Below, one piece after another: positions 25,389 to 39,131 of a stretch of 64,000 nucleotides of DNA. Positions within the stretch are counted from its first letter, which is position 1. The number at the start of each line of letters is the position of its first letter. Both the position numbers and the translations under genes were made by a program. The stretch spans positions 88,538,001-88,602,000 of the forward strand of contig NC_087436.1 in NCBI RefSeq assembly GCF_036321535.1. The letters are read 5' to 3'. This DNA is from Camelus dromedarius. Its lineage: Eukaryota. The notes below the pieces were generated by a model. It was not told where the DNA came from. It did not search any database and saw nothing but the letters and a program-made list of their open reading frames with translations.

Positions 25389-27363
25389 CTGTGGAAAGAG
25401 CAAAAAAAAAAAAAAAAAAAAAAAGAATCACTCTGGTTTGATGACCTTTTGATTCCACTGCAGCTCAAGGCATCACACTATGGTACATGCCACTCTGTAT
25501 CCCAGTAACTAATTTGAAATCACCGTGTGTTACGGAAAAACCTGATTAGTTTTAAAACTCAGACATGATGGTTAAGTTAACCTGCTTAACTGCTTCTGGA
25601 TCTGAAAAGCTATAATAAGCATTCTATACCCCTGTAATTTTCTCATGACCTTCTAAGAGGTCCCACTCAGTTCATTTTCAATTTTCCCACCTTCTCCTGT
25701 AAAGCCAAACACAATGGAAGATCTTTTACATCTTATTGGCATGATACATTTAGAACATGTGTGCTCATGAAAACTTCAAAGAAAGATACATGCCTAAAGA
25801 AGAATTACTCTTCTCAGGGCTCATATTTTGCTAGGAGACACAAGTACAACCACATAGGTTGTCAAAATATTAAAATATTTCCTTACCAGCTGCTATTGCC
25901 CTGGTACGTTGACCTATCCAATGCTCCCACTACTTTGGTTGCCATGGCCTCAGGAAGTTCTAGGTTGGCACCACCACGGACACCAGATTATGCCATCCTG
26001 CTGCTCTACCAGTAGGTCTGCTGTGGCACCTGCTCCTAATGCCCTGGCACTCCCGCCAGGGCATTATCAGTATCCATTTGCACCCAAAACTATGGTCAAT
26101 TACCAGCTGCTTTCTTAGAGTCGCCCCCATGTGGCCACTCATGAGGACTGCAGCCTCCGCAAAAATACTGCTATGACCAATAGCTATCATTCATCCAGTA
26201 GACAGGGTTCTAGCGCTTTATGTGTATTGACTCACTTAATTCTTCTAACAATCCGACAAAGGTGAAAAGAACTGGGTAGGCCAAGTCATAAGCTTTCTTC
26301 TAGGGGTTGATAGGGAACAGAGATAAAAGGAAAAGAAAAAGACAGCAAACAAAACAGTTGCTTAGCTACAAAATAAGAGTTCATGGGCTCATGGAACACA
26401 CTCATTTGGGATCATAATAAAGACCAACTCAGAAATATCAGATCCCCAGTCTATTGACAGGAAAATGATTCCTGTGTCCAGTACTAAAGGAAACTAAGAC
26501 GTCTCCAAACAGAAGTATCCAGCAGACAATGCAAGACTTTTAGTGAGAGTTGAAATTTAACCCAAACCCCATGCTTTTTTAAAGGCCTCTGATAACCACA
26601 GTCATTAACCACTATGACAACAGAAAGCATGAAAAGGGCTGTGGCAATTTGTTCAGGTGAGAGTGGGGAAAAAAATCTGCTAGGCTTTGTTGAATGGTCA
26701 CAAATAAACCACACAATTACTTTATGTTTAGCAGGAAACCAGGTACACTCTCTTACAGGTTTTCTAAATAACAAGACAATGTATCTCCTATTTTTACTGC
26801 TATTTATTGTGTAGTCTTCTCAAATTATTTTTGTGATTTTCAAAATTTTTGTTTTGCAATATGCTTAGCAGTATACTTCTTGTGTTAAGTTTATCATGGT
26901 GTTAAAATCCCTACAGGAGCAAAGCTCCTTACTGCTCACTATGAATGACTATCCAGACAGGCTTTTCTTAATTATGCCCTAGAAGCAAAGGGAAAGTGCT
27001 GATACCACAAACAACATAAATTCTGTCCACTTGCAAGCATCACCACTTTTTGCATGATTTATGCACTTAACTCTCAGTGAGAAGCTTATGCTCATCAGTC
27101 TCTACAAGTTTTTTCAAGTAATATGTTTTAAAACTTCTGAGGACCTTAATTACTCATAGAATAAATGGAAATTCCTTAAGATTTCTAGTTTACCTTTAGC
27201 TATCTTGTCACTCATCCTTTTGCCATAGAGACAGGTTTTTCCTGTTAACAAAAGGTTTCTGAAGTGTGCCCTATTCAGGGTGATGCAGTGTCTCAGGATT
27301 TGTTTTGTATTATATAGTATTTACATTTTGATCACATTTGTAAATTTATAACTGCTCACGTAC

Positions 27364-27454
27364 CTTATGAGAACACTCAGAGCGCCCAGTGGGGTGACCA
27401 AGGTGGCAGGTGCAAAAGCATAAGCTGCAAAATTCGCAGCCTCTCCTGCTCCCA
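27364..27454 (-). CDS. NIPAL1: NIPAL1 exon 4
   Basis: Acceptor ttccAG and donor GTACGT; 91 nt. Translates (M)[29 protein letters not shown](S). Confidence 0.97.
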
Positions 27455-27634
27455 CTGGAAAGCAAGCAGCAGGATTAATACAAAAGATGGGCTTATTTAT
27501 CCTCAGAGAAAAACAAACGACACTTGGAAAGCAGTAGACTTTTATTCCAAAGATGCTGATAGATCTAGCAAAAAGGAATAATTTAACCTCTTTTATGGAA
27601 GGTAGAGATGGTTTGGTATTAAAAGGATGCAGAT

Positions 27635-28201
27635 TACCACTTACAGCAGCCAAGACATGGAAACAACCTAAATGTCCATCGACAGATGACTGGATAAAGA
27701 AGTTGTAGTATATTTAGACAATGGAATACTACTCAGCCATAAAAAAGAATACCATTTGCAGCAACATGGATGGCCCTGGAAAATGTCATTCTAACTGAAG
27801 CAAGCCAGAAAGAGTAAGAAAAATACCATATGATATCACTCATAAGTGGAATTTAAAAAAAAGACAAATAAATTTATATATAAAACAGAAACAGACTCAC
27901 AGACACAGAAAAAGACTCACAGACATAGAAAACAAACTTATGGTTACCAGGGGGGAAGGGGATGGGAAAGGATAAATTGGGAGTTTGAGATTTGCAGGTA
28001 CAGACTGGTATATATAAAATCGATAAACAAGTTTATACTGTGTAGCACAGGGGACTATATTTGATATTTTGTAGTAGCTTATCATGAAAAAGAATATGAA
28101 AATATATATATATTCATGTATGACTGAAGCATTGTGCTGTACACCAGAAATTGACACAATATTGTAAACTGTGACTATACTTCAATAAAAAAAAATTTTA
28201 A
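27635..28201 (+). mobile_element. 5'-truncated L1 3' end in NIPAL1 intron 3 with perfect 14-bp TSD
   Basis: ORF2 C-terminal and 3'UTR motifs (atggaatactactcagccataaaaaagaat), poly(A) tail, TSD aaaaggatgcagat at 27621-27634 and 28202-28215. Confidence 0.9.
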
Positions 28202-28808
28202 AAAAGGATGCAGATAAACTTTATCTGGTGATGCAAACTCAACTAATGTAAAAAGTGGTGACAGATGGATATTCATTTTAAATGATCTTCAATAATGCTT
28301 TTAGTTACTTTAGTACCAGAAACATATTTGGTCACTCTGATGAAATCTAGTAGAGGTAGCTTGGGAGTAAGCAGAGAATTATTCTGTTTGTTTAAGAATA
28401 CCTACTGCTATGCAAATTAACAGTAAAGCCACTTGTAAAATGGGAATGCTTTCTAGAGATCTGCTGCCTAGGCAGGGGGTGGGCAGAGATGCCTACAGCA
28501 GGCCCGGCAGTCAGGTATCTGCAGACTGCAGACGATCTACAATCAAGTAACACTATCTTAGTAGCCCAAGGAGATCCAACCAGCTGTTTGAAGGTCCTAA
28601 CAATGTACTCCTGTAATCTTTGTCTTATCTGAGGAACTCTAGACTTCCATGAGATACTGCGATGCAATTAACTTCCAGAGTGAGGGAAAATCCCTTTAAG
28701 AGCCCAGCACTTGTATTGGGGCCAAATTATTCTCATGGGTCACCACTGGGACACTTGCCCACAGAATGTAGTATTTCCCGCTGCAAACGATGCCAAGCAA
28801 ACGCTTAT

Positions 28809-29419
28809 TGTAGAGAGAGCCTCTGGAACAGATGAATGACACCAGCACACTTTTCCTTGTTCCTTCTGGCTGCTATCCACACCACTCTCCCCACCCCTGC
28901 CCCAACCCCAGCTGAATGGACAGGAGGACTCAGCTTTAAAACATCATAAAACAAATTGAAACTTACAGAAAAGAACAATGAGGAGGCTGCTCTTCTAAGA
29001 ACAACAATGGTAGGGTTTTTTTTGGAATAGTAAGGGATGAAATAAAATTCAGATCTTATGGCAAGACGAGAAAAATTTAAACATGAAGTTTTTCTTTGCT
29101 TGTTTGGGCCTCCTCCATCCCGTTGTGTTTTGTGCCTCCACACTTACTAGACTCCCTTAGGAGATAACCTTCCTTCTGAATCTTGGAAGGGCCCACTACT
29201 CTCTTTGTAATTACAGCTCTGGATTGTGTAAACTGTCAATTAGACATCATTTATTGTATAGCCCCCTGTCTCAAAAACTTACATAACTGTGCTTTGACCT
29301 CTAACAGGTGGAACAGTTCTCTTTCTAAGAGGCTGTTGCCAGGTGATAATCCTCAATTTGGCGCGAATAAAAATTTCCATTTCTCTCTTAGATTGACTAA
29401 TCAATTTCCTTCATCGACA
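28809..29419 (+). mobile_element. Probable ERV solo LTR
   Basis: tgtagag...AATAAA (about 29366)...tcgaca. The left boundary is uncertain. Confidence 0.55.
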
Positions 29420-29826
29420 TAAGCTTTCTTGAATACTGCCTATTATTTATATTTTTATCTGTATAGACAGCTTTCCAGGAAAATATTGATGTCATGGTTA
29501 AAGTACTGTTAAGTTTGTTGCTAGATAAAATCTCTAATGTCGAAGACTTGTGCTTTTCTCTCTTCAACATGGGCGTAAACTTTATGTATGATGAGAATAC
29601 AATGATAAATGTAGCCACGTAATATTCTCCTATTTTCATTCTATTGTATGGAGAGACACGAGAGTGAGAAACAGAGAGAAAAGGAGAAAGAATCTTCCAA
29701 ATATTTATTTGAAATCTTCCCAGTACACTCCCTGACAACTTTCACTCAAATAAAGTATAAAAACACCTTAAAAATGGAAAAAGCTATACAAATTTAAATT
29801 ATTTTTATTCATCATCCTCTCAGCAG

Positions 29827-30442
29827 GTACGGCTAGGGGGTCCCTGGAGGAAATGAACCAGATATAGCTTTTTGACACAAGAGAAGCCATTTCTAGCCTA
29901 AGCCATTCTGTGATCTCAGCCTGACCACAGTGCTTGCCCTTCAACAGGTCTCAGTGATAATGATCTTAAGGGAACAAAAGAACAAACTGATATTAGGCAA
30001 GAGAAGTAACAATAACAAAGATGATAAATCAGTTATAAAGACTCCCAGTGCTGTTTCAATGGTAAAGATTAGCCTGAAGCCCTCTGTTGAGCTGTTTTGC
30101 AGAATTTCCAGTGCTCAACCACCTGATCAACTGGAGCCTAAGGGATGATGATGACCTGTTCTGACCCTCAGAGACTTCCATCAACTAAAGCTTGGACTCT
30201 GTCAACCTTTACCCCGATTCTGTGCTGAATTCTCCTCTGCTCAAGCCCCTTCATGAGTTCGCACGTACCCTTAAGCTTAAAACGTCTGCAACTTGCTGTT
30301 TCGGGAGACACTGCTTTGGGAAAGATCCTAGGGTTCTCCTTACTTGCTGCAAGTGATAAATCCTTCCTTCTCCAACTCTTTGGCTTGATTGTGTCTTTTG
30401 CCTCAACCCCTGCCAAGAGGCGAACCCACTTTTTGGGTAATA
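29827..30442 (+). mobile_element. Probable ERV1 solo LTR
   Basis: U3-R-U5-like layout ending ...gggagacactgctttgggaaagatcc...ccttacttgctgcaagtgataaa...gcgaacccac...ggtaata. Confidence 0.65.
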
Positions 30443-31186
30443 AGGCTTTTAGATACCACCGCTTATTAAAGAAAAGCTATCCAGTTCTTTCTCATACCAG
30501 GATCTCAAAATACTGAAATGTGTTACTTGCTACAGGAAGATCACTGGAAGTTTTAAGGCTTCTGGCTGCTGAGGGAGATGGCTGGCAAGTGGTGTGAAAC
30601 TGCAGTTTATGAGGGCCTTTCTTTGAAGTTTTAGGCTTGGGATTCGAAAAAGTTCAGAGTCAGGAGGGAGCTCTCAATCTGCAAAAGCATCTGAGGGAGA
30701 GAACACTACCTTCTCTTTGGATGTCACATTAGCATCAAGAAAGAGCTTTCATATCCTACAAAGTCTCATTTAATCCTCAGGGCAGGTCTAGGAGGAAGGA
30801 GATCGGGAACAAGCTTCTTCTCTCCATTCGTTCAGCGCTAAGCAGCCCGAGCGTACATTTGTTTATCCATGTTTTGCTCCTGGCCAGGCAAGTGTACCCA
30901 TTTCTTAGCAAATTTGCAGCTCAAATAGTCACATATCAAATTAGGAGTTGGGAAAATGTGAGAGGAAAGCATTTCCCTCAATTGTTACAGGGACTAAAAC
31001 ACAAGAGAAGGAGAATTTTGTGATAAAATGTAAGATTTCAGATGTTAATTTGCCCCCTTGCATTCCAATACAGTATTGAGACCATAGAGATCGGCGGAGG
31101 AAAGAGTAAAAATTAATTCTAAATACATGTGACTTATATAAGATATATGTGCACCAGAAAATGTCTAGACTTAAATGCCATCCTTA

Positions 31187-31366
<180 letters not shown>

Positions 31367-31590
31367 CTAAAGTAGAGGAAGAGGGTTTGAGGGATTAATT
31401 TCTATGAAAGGTACTGGAATATGGTTCGAAAAAGCAAGATTTAAGGTGTACTCAGTTTATCTCATCTTTTAATTTATTTACTTGGTCATTTCCAGAGATC
31501 CTCTAAAGCTTTCTCTATGTCACCTTTGATTTCTACAGAAAGTAGGTTTTTTTCATTTGCAGGAAAATTTTATTTAGTCATCAGGTTTAT

Positions 31591-32035
31591 TGCTGACTGG
31601 AAAAAAGAAAAAAAAGCACAACCTAAAAGTTGAGAATTATGTTTTGTTCGGCCGGACTTGCTGAGGGGTTGAGCCTGGGAGATACACTCTAAGGTAGCTC
31701 TGAGGGACTTCTCCAATAGGGAAAGGGAGGAGCCGGGATATATAGCAATTTTTGTTAGAAAAAAATCCCACCAAAAATAAATAAACAAAAAAAACCAGTC
31801 GAAACATCAGAAGATTACTGTTAACTAAAGAAAACATATCAAGTTAATGAATTTAGCACTTCTCTATGTATGGGAATATACAAGAGTGTGGGCTCACTGA
31901 ACTCACTAAATCATTCCTTTGTATCCTGTTTTCTTCGTCCTGGATCCCCTTAGGGGTGGCTCCAGTGGCTGGTAGCTTGATGGCCACAACATACTTCCTT
32001 TACTGATTCAGCAGGTGACATTCTTTGTCCACACA
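31591..32035 (-). mobile_element. ERV1 solo LTR, MER41-like
   Basis: TG...CA ends, imperfect 4-bp TSD ttat/gtat, motifs aacctaaaagttgagaattatgttt and tcaagttaatgaatttagc. Confidence 0.65.
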
Positions 32036-32519
32036 GTATTTAAGCCATTCAGAGGTGTGGACATAGAGTAATGTAAGCCCTAAATACTTTGTTTCAGCCA
32101 CAGTTAAAATTAAAAGTCAGAAAACCATAAATCATAAATTAGAATGGTAACCTAATGAGGACTGTAAAGGGAAGTAGATGGCTGACATAAGAGCGCTGGA
32201 GATTTTGGATTGTCAATCAGAGAACGACGAGCATTAGCCACTTGGATTCTATCTATTCTCTACTTGGGCACCATGAAATTGACTTTGTGTCTAGTCTACT
32301 GAACAGGACAAAAACCTTTCCTAAGATAGAGAGTTATCCTCCCACTACTGTAATTTGCGACCTTAGGTCATTGTTATGTTTGTTCTAAAAAATGTAATGT
32401 TCTCACCAATTTTAATATACTTAATCTGGTGAATTTGACCTATCTGATCTGGTTGTAATTAAACTAAACAGGATATATTAGCTGTAAGGGTTATCTTGCA
32501 AGATAGTTAACTCTTTTCT

Positions 32520-34083
32520 CTCTCTCTTTCTTTCTCTTCTCTTTTTTTTTTTATTGAAGTGTAGTTAATTTAAAATACTGTATTACAAGTGCAGAGCAAA
32601 GTGATTCATTTATATATATATAATATATATATATTATATATAATATATCATTTATATATTATATATATATATATTTCAGATTATTTTCCATTATAGGTTA
32701 TTACAAGATTTACTGAAAATAGTTCCCTGTGCTATACAGTAAACCCTTGTTGATTATCTATTTTATGTGTATTAGTTTGTATCTATTAATCCCATACTCC
32801 CAATTTATCCCTCCCCCACTCCCTTTCCCCTTTGGTAACTATAAGTTTGTTTTTGTCTGAGTCTACTTCTGTTTTGTATATAGATTAATTTGTATTATTT
32901 TTTAGATTCCACATAAGTTATATCATATATTTATCTTTCTCTGTATGACTGATTTCACTGAGTATAGTATTCTCTAGGTCTGTCTGTGTTGCTGCAAATG
33001 GCAAGATTTCATCCTTTTTTATGGCTGAGTAATATTAGTTATAAACATCCCCCCACATCTTCTTAAGCCAGTCTGTTGATGGACACTAGGGTTGTTTCCA
33101 TGTCTTAGCTATTGTAAATAGTGCTACTATGAACATTGGGGTGCATGTATCTTTTTGAATTAGAGTTGGTTTTTTTTCTTTTCCAGATATATGCCCAGGA
33201 GTGGGATTGCTGGATCATAAGGTAAGTCTATTTTTAGTTTTTAAAGGAATCTCCAAACTGTTTTACATAGTGGCTGCACCAGTTTACATTCCTATCAACA
33301 GTTGAGGAGGGTTCCCTTTTCTCCACACCCTCTCCAGCATTTATTATTTGTAGACTTTTTGATGATGGCCATTCTGACGAGTGTGAGGTGTTACCTCATG
33401 TGGTTTTGATTTGTGTTTCTCTAATAATTAGTAATGTGGAACATCTTTTCATGTGCCTGTTGGCCAACTATGTCTTCTTTGGAGAGATGTCTATTTAGGT
33501 TTTTCTTCCTTCCTTCCTTTCTTTCTCTCTTTCTTTTTTGATATTGAGTTGTATGAGCTGTTTGTATATTTTGGATATTAATCCCTTGTTGGTTGCATCA
33601 TTTGCAAATATTTCCTCCCACTCTGTAGGTTGTCTTTTCATTTTGTTAATGGTTCCCTTTGCTGTGCAAAAGCTTTTAAGATGATTAGGTCCCATTTTTT
33701 TTGTTTCATTTTTTTGCTTTTATTTCTTATGCCTTGGGAGACCAATCTAAGAAAATATTGCTACAATTTTTGTCTGAGAATGTTTTGCCTGTGTTCTCTT
33801 CAAGTTTTATGGTGTCATGTCTTATATTTAGGTTTTTAAACCATTCTATTCTTGTGAATGGTGTGAGGGAGTGTTCTAATTTCATTGATTATATGCCACT
33901 GTCCAGCTTTCCCAACACCACTTGCTGAAGAGACTCTCTTTTCTCCATTGTATATTCTTTCCTCCTTTGTTGTAGATTAATTGACTGTAGGTGTGTGGTT
34001 TTACTTCTGGGCTCTCCATTCTGTTCTATTGATCCATATGTCTGTTTTTGTGCCAATACCATACTGTTTTGATTACTGTAGCT
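32520..34083 (-). mobile_element. L1 3' portion (about 1.55 kb) with degenerate ORF2 C-terminus
   Basis: ORF 33495-33695 reads [28 protein letters not shown]...[15 protein letters not shown] (L1 ORF2p). Poly(T) at about 32542 and an internal TA-rich tract. Flanks gttaactct / gttaacttct. Confidence 0.92.
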
Positions 34084-34140
34084 TTGTTAACTTCTTTTTT
34101 AAAAATTAATTTATTATTATTATTATTTTTGTTAACTTCT

Positions 34141-35060
34141 CAAGATAAATTTCCAGAAGTGGAATTGTTAGGTTTTAAGATATTAACATTTTTAAGCCTT
34201 CTCAAATTACTCTCAGGAAAATTTGTACCCATTTATACTGTTCGAGCAATGTTTGAGAGGGCTACTTATCTCCCAAAGTCCCTTACCAACATAGGACATT
34301 ATTTTTTTAAAGAAAATGAAACCTTATTAAAATAGTAGGCAACAACCCAGGAGCTCATTGTTATATAGTTGGTATTTCTTTGGGTACTAATGAAATTATT
34401 TATTTGAGTATATTTATTGGCCATTTACAATTCTTATTCTGTGAGTTCCTTGTTTATGTGCTTTGTCTATTTTCTGTTAGGGTGCTAATCTTTTTATTAT
34501 TGACTATAGTAACTCTTTACATATTGTGGATCTTAACCACACTTTGTCATATATTTTGAAATTTTTTTCCCTATATGTCATTTCCTTTTTAGTTTCAGTT
34601 AAGGCTGTTTCCATGTAGGATTTTTTTTTCTTTTTTGGTCAATCCAGATAACTTCTTCCTTATATAGAATAGATTCTTCCTTTATCTTTATGCTTAGGAA
34701 GATTTTAAGTTTTTTTAAAGAGAATTTTATTTGAAATTTAACTTAAACTCTGTTGAATCTATTTTGCCGAGTGGTATAAAGTAGAACTCTTCTTACATTT
34801 TTCTCTATTTTTTTGCCAATGGTCTCAGTACTTTCGATTGAATAATTCATTCTTTCTCCTGTGGACTGAAATGCCGCTTAAAAATCATATATTAAATTCA
34901 ATTATCTTTTATTATTTTGTCTATCTTAATGCCAGTACCAAACTATTTTACTCAATATATCATTATAGTATGTTTTATTTTCTGATAGTGCATATCTCCC
35001 CTCAATAGTACTCTTAATAAACTTGTTTCCACAATTCATGGTCATTTATTTTTCCCTAAG
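34141..35060 (-). mobile_element. Old degraded L1M fragment
   Basis: Diverged antisense ORF2-like phrases (gaagtggaattgttagg, tttattggccattt, gccagtacca). Confidence 0.55.
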
Positions 35061-35187
35061 AACCTTAGCTCTTATATGATATTATTCTTGATAAGAATGA
35101 ACAGAAAATTCATGGTTAATGGAGGATAGTCAAGCAGAGTTAAACAGCATCTGAAATGTCACTATAAATAGTAACCTAATTCTACTG

Positions 35188-35720
35188 CCATCCATTCATT
35201 GATTTGACAATATTTATTGGGTGCCAGCCACTATGCTAGGGAAGGTTCCTGCTCTTATCGAGTCCACTGTCAATAAACAAGTAAGCCTGTTGACAACAAG
35301 TAAAGAAGCAATAAACGTACAAGGATAAATTATTCCAGGCACAGTGAAGGAAGCTGTTAGTGCAGTGACACAGAAAAGCAGGGGTGGAGTGAGGGAGACC
35401 TCCCCAGAGAGGATGGTCAAGGAAGGCCTTGCTGGGATGATGATATTTTAGCTGAAGTCTCAAGAATGAGTTAGCCAAGTGAAAGGTAGGGAAGAGTTCC
35501 AGGCAAAGGAAAAGGCCTTGAGGTAGGAAAGAACTTGGTACATTCCAGGAACCAGAGAAAAGCAGGTGACAGGGAGGGCAGCAGAAGATGACGCTGGAGA
35601 GGTAACGTGGGTCATGTTAGGCAGGAAGTCAGAGACCATGGAAGAAAGTTTGGATTTTACTCTTAGTGCAAAGAAAAGCCACTGACATGTTTTAAGCAGG
35701 GGAGGAGCCTGATCTGCCTT
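35188..35720 (-). mobile_element. L2 3' fragment
   Basis: cattcattgatttgacaatatttattg...ggaagagttccaggcaaagg...tttggattttactct. Confidence 0.7.
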
Positions 35721-35973
35721 TGAAGCCTGAAACTGCAGACTAAAGCTCTGAAAGAAGACCCATCCCTCACTCCGAAGCTCTTGAATTTTATTCTCACCCT
35801 AAAGGAGACACAGCTGGCTCCGTCCTGGAACGTGCCAAGAACAGTTGCTAAGAAGAGAGATAGGGGCTAAGACAGAGACAGTGAGATAGTTATTCCTGCA
35901 GCACTATGGTCTTACGACAGGATTATTTCTGCAGTAGAAACTTTAATTTGTTATAGTTGTGTCGGTTTCTTAC

Positions 35974-36240
35974 CAGCTCTAGTAATGCCCTTGTTGGCCA
36001 GTTGCAAGAGGCCCTTTTTTTTCAAGATGAAACTGGAGCCAATAAAAATACTGGAACTTACTGCCAGTGCCAGGCCCACATAAAGACTGTATTTGTTTTC
36101 TGCACTTGCAGAAATGCTCAAGTTGGTTATGCTGGAATTCATGCCTTTGTAGAGGACGGGAGACGCCAGCAGCTGTGACACACGTGTGATCTCACACCAA
36201 GCCTGGGAGGCATTTGGACAGATCAGAGGCAGCACATAGC
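35974..36240 (-). CDS. NIPAL1: NIPAL1 exon 2
   Basis: Acceptor ttccAG and donor GTAAGA; 267 nt. Translates (G)[30 protein letters not shown]...[36 protein letters not shown](G). Confidence 0.97.
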
Positions 36241-38527
36241 CTGGAAAAAGGGAAAGAGGGAAATGTCAACAAACGAAAGGGAGGCGCATTCATGTTTACC
36301 TTCTACAAGAAAGAGAAACTTGAGTGGTCGGTACTGGCTTGGGCCCAGCAGTTCGTCACAGTGCCTCCACACCCCCGCTGCCCTGCCCCAAGACAGCTGT
36401 TTCTCTCCTTCATGCTATCAGTGTGTCACCTGGAAAGCAGAAGCATTCGTGATGCCTAAATGTAGGAGAGGGCACAGCAACCCCGTCAGCCTAGAAATCA
36501 CTGCATTACAGGGAACTGAGCTAACCCACTTCGGGAGGGATGAATTATGCATTTCAGAAAACGTGTTTAAAAGCGAGTTTAGTCTTCTGTACCACTTTCC
36601 TTAAAGAGAATGATTTTTCAGGTCTACTAACTCACCTTCTCCTTAATAAAATTGAATCTAATAATAAAATGAATTAAACATCAGTAGGCTCTTTTTTCCT
36701 AAGCAGGATTCAAATAAACATGTAAATCCAGATCCATTATTAGAAGTGCTTTTTTTTTTGAGGCTAACACTAAAACACAGAATGAAAACATTTTACACCA
36801 CGTAAGAAACTTTTCATAATCTGTTCTCCACTAGAAAAGCTGCCAACAAGGTGACACTGTGACTAGGTTTTTGGACCATCTTTTCAACTTTTTTTCCCCA
36901 CTTTATCTACAAAACAGAAATAGACTCACAGACAGAGAACAAAATCTATGGTTACCAGGGGGTAAAGGGGATGAGAAAGGATAAATTGAGAATTTGAAAT
37001 TTGCACCTCTAGGGAGTGATGAAAACGTTAGCTATCTTGATTGCAGTGGTGGTTTCATTGGTGTATACGTCTATCAAAATTCATCAAATTGTACATCTTA
37101 AATATGTGTAGTTTACTGCACAGGAATCATACCATAATAAAGGTATTTTAAAAAATTACCTAAACAAAAATGGGCAAAAAAAAAATTAATCAACTACAAT
37201 TTTAGAATTCCGTCAAAAAAAAAATCAGTTCTATGTCTCAAAAATCTTAAGAAGGCATTTGAACAACAAGACAGCTTGACCAAATGATGTCTTAGAAACA
37301 AAAGTTTAAAAATGGGATCTATGCCTCCCTAGCAAAGCATCATGAAGTTATGTGAATTTTACCACGTGCACAGTTAAGAAACAACCATCAAGTCAACAGA
37401 AAGGTAAAATGATTGAATTCAATTTTTTCATGATTATTATTTATCTCTATAATTTGAAAATGAACCAACTTTGATTCAGAGATACAGGATAAATTCTGAG
37501 ACAAAACTTCTAAATAGTCCAAGGAGAAATATATTACTTCAGGGATATTCTGTGGTAACCGAGGAATGTTTCGGTAAGAATTGTTTTAGTAAGAATTGTT
37601 GCATTTTTTCAAATAGGCTAGTCCTTAGCAATCTTGTCCCGGGTACTGTTCAATTCATCTAAACCCCAAGAGTGCAAAGTAATTTTTGGTAGTAAGAATT
37701 TCCGTTACATGAATTCTTGCGAAACCATCTGACCTGACTGCAGTAAATTCTGTGGCTGCGTTAGTGTTACTTAGTATGTAGTTAACATAACCATTCCAAA
37801 ACTTTATCTCTGAAAACAGTGTGGGTGGATCTCATTTCAGTGAAACAATATTCCTTCTGAGCTGTTGACATAGCAAAATGTTCCCGACATTTTAGGGGGT
37901 GTGGGGGCCGAGGGTGACAGGGAAGAGCAAATAATCTTTGTTGCATTTTGTAAGTTCTCATCATTAAGTGGACATTCATGCTTCAAGTTTTATGGCAGGA
38001 AAAATAATAAAAATCTTGTCTAGTTACTGACCTTAGAACTTAAATTGTTTTATGTTTTGAGAGCACAGGAAGGAGAGAACCTATAGCAGATATGACTGAA
38101 GGAGGGGGTGGGGGAGTGACTGGCAGGTTGGTGGGTGCGGGGTGGTGCAGGGCAGGAGGGGAGAGATGGGTAAAGTAGAATGTGTGGGCCGGGACTTCGG
38201 GGCTGCAGAGGAATTAGAGGAATATCTCAAAATCAGAGTTGGCTTCTTAAGATTCTAGTAAGCAAAGTAATTCTCGAGGAGTTTAATCTGAATTTTACTC
38301 AACACAGAAAATCTATTACATTCCTTAGTTTTCATTTTAATAGACACTGTCAATAACCCTTTAAAGTGACTGTACCAATTTACACTCCTGTCAGCAGAGA
38401 GCATGTATGACTTCTTTGGTGTTATTATATCCTGATCTAAATATTGAATAATAAATATTTAGGAAATATGTGTCAGTTATAAGGAAGAAAATAATTCAAT
38501 ATACACCAATGTATCAACTACCCAATT

Positions 38528-38675
38528 AAAAAAAATTTGTTTGTATTATTTCATTTTGGGGGGGAGGTAATTGGGTTTTATTTATTTGCTTATGTTTAAT
38601 GGAGGTACTTGGGATCGAACCCAGGACCTTGTACTTGCTAGGCACGTGCTCTGCCATTGCTATGCCCTCCCCGCC
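38528..38675 (-). mobile_element. tRNA-Ala-derived SINE (vic-1-like), long form, with TSD
   Basis: ggaggtacttgggatcgaacccaggacc; TSD atcaactacccaatt (38513) / atcaaccacccagtt (38676). Confidence 0.85.
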
Positions 38676-39047
38676 ATCAACCACCCAGTTTAAGAAGTAA
38701 AACATTACCCTTCCAGGTAACAACTATCCTGATTTTGTCTAATATTCTTTTACTCTAAAAAAAAATTTCCTCTATAAGATTATATATTTAAATAATAAAG
38801 TGTTTAGTTTGCTTCTTTTTTGACCTTATGAAAATGTGGTCATATAGTATGTATTCTTCGGTGACTTGCTTGTTTTTGAGATTTATCAGTCTTGATGCAT
38901 GTGGCTGTAGGGTTTGTTTTTTCCTCCTTGTTCTATAGAATTCCACTGTATGACAATCTCACCATTAATTTTTCTATTTTATAGTTGGCAGACATTTGTG
39001 TAATTTATACTGTTTTTGCTTTTACAAACAGTATTGCTAATGTTCTC

Positions 39048-39131
39048 AATATGTTGAACCATATGAAATTGATGATATTTGACCATTTTTGACCCTACAG
39101 AAATAGCAATTTCGTATCATTCAATTTAATA
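39048..39131. mobile_element. MADE2-like mariner MITE
   Basis: About 80 bp with inverted ends gttgaaccatatgaaattg ... caatttcgtatcattcaat. Confidence 0.75.

Noticed and set aside
33495..33695. ORF with recognisable protein similarity
   Set aside because: A degenerate L1 ORF2 fragment, not a host gene.
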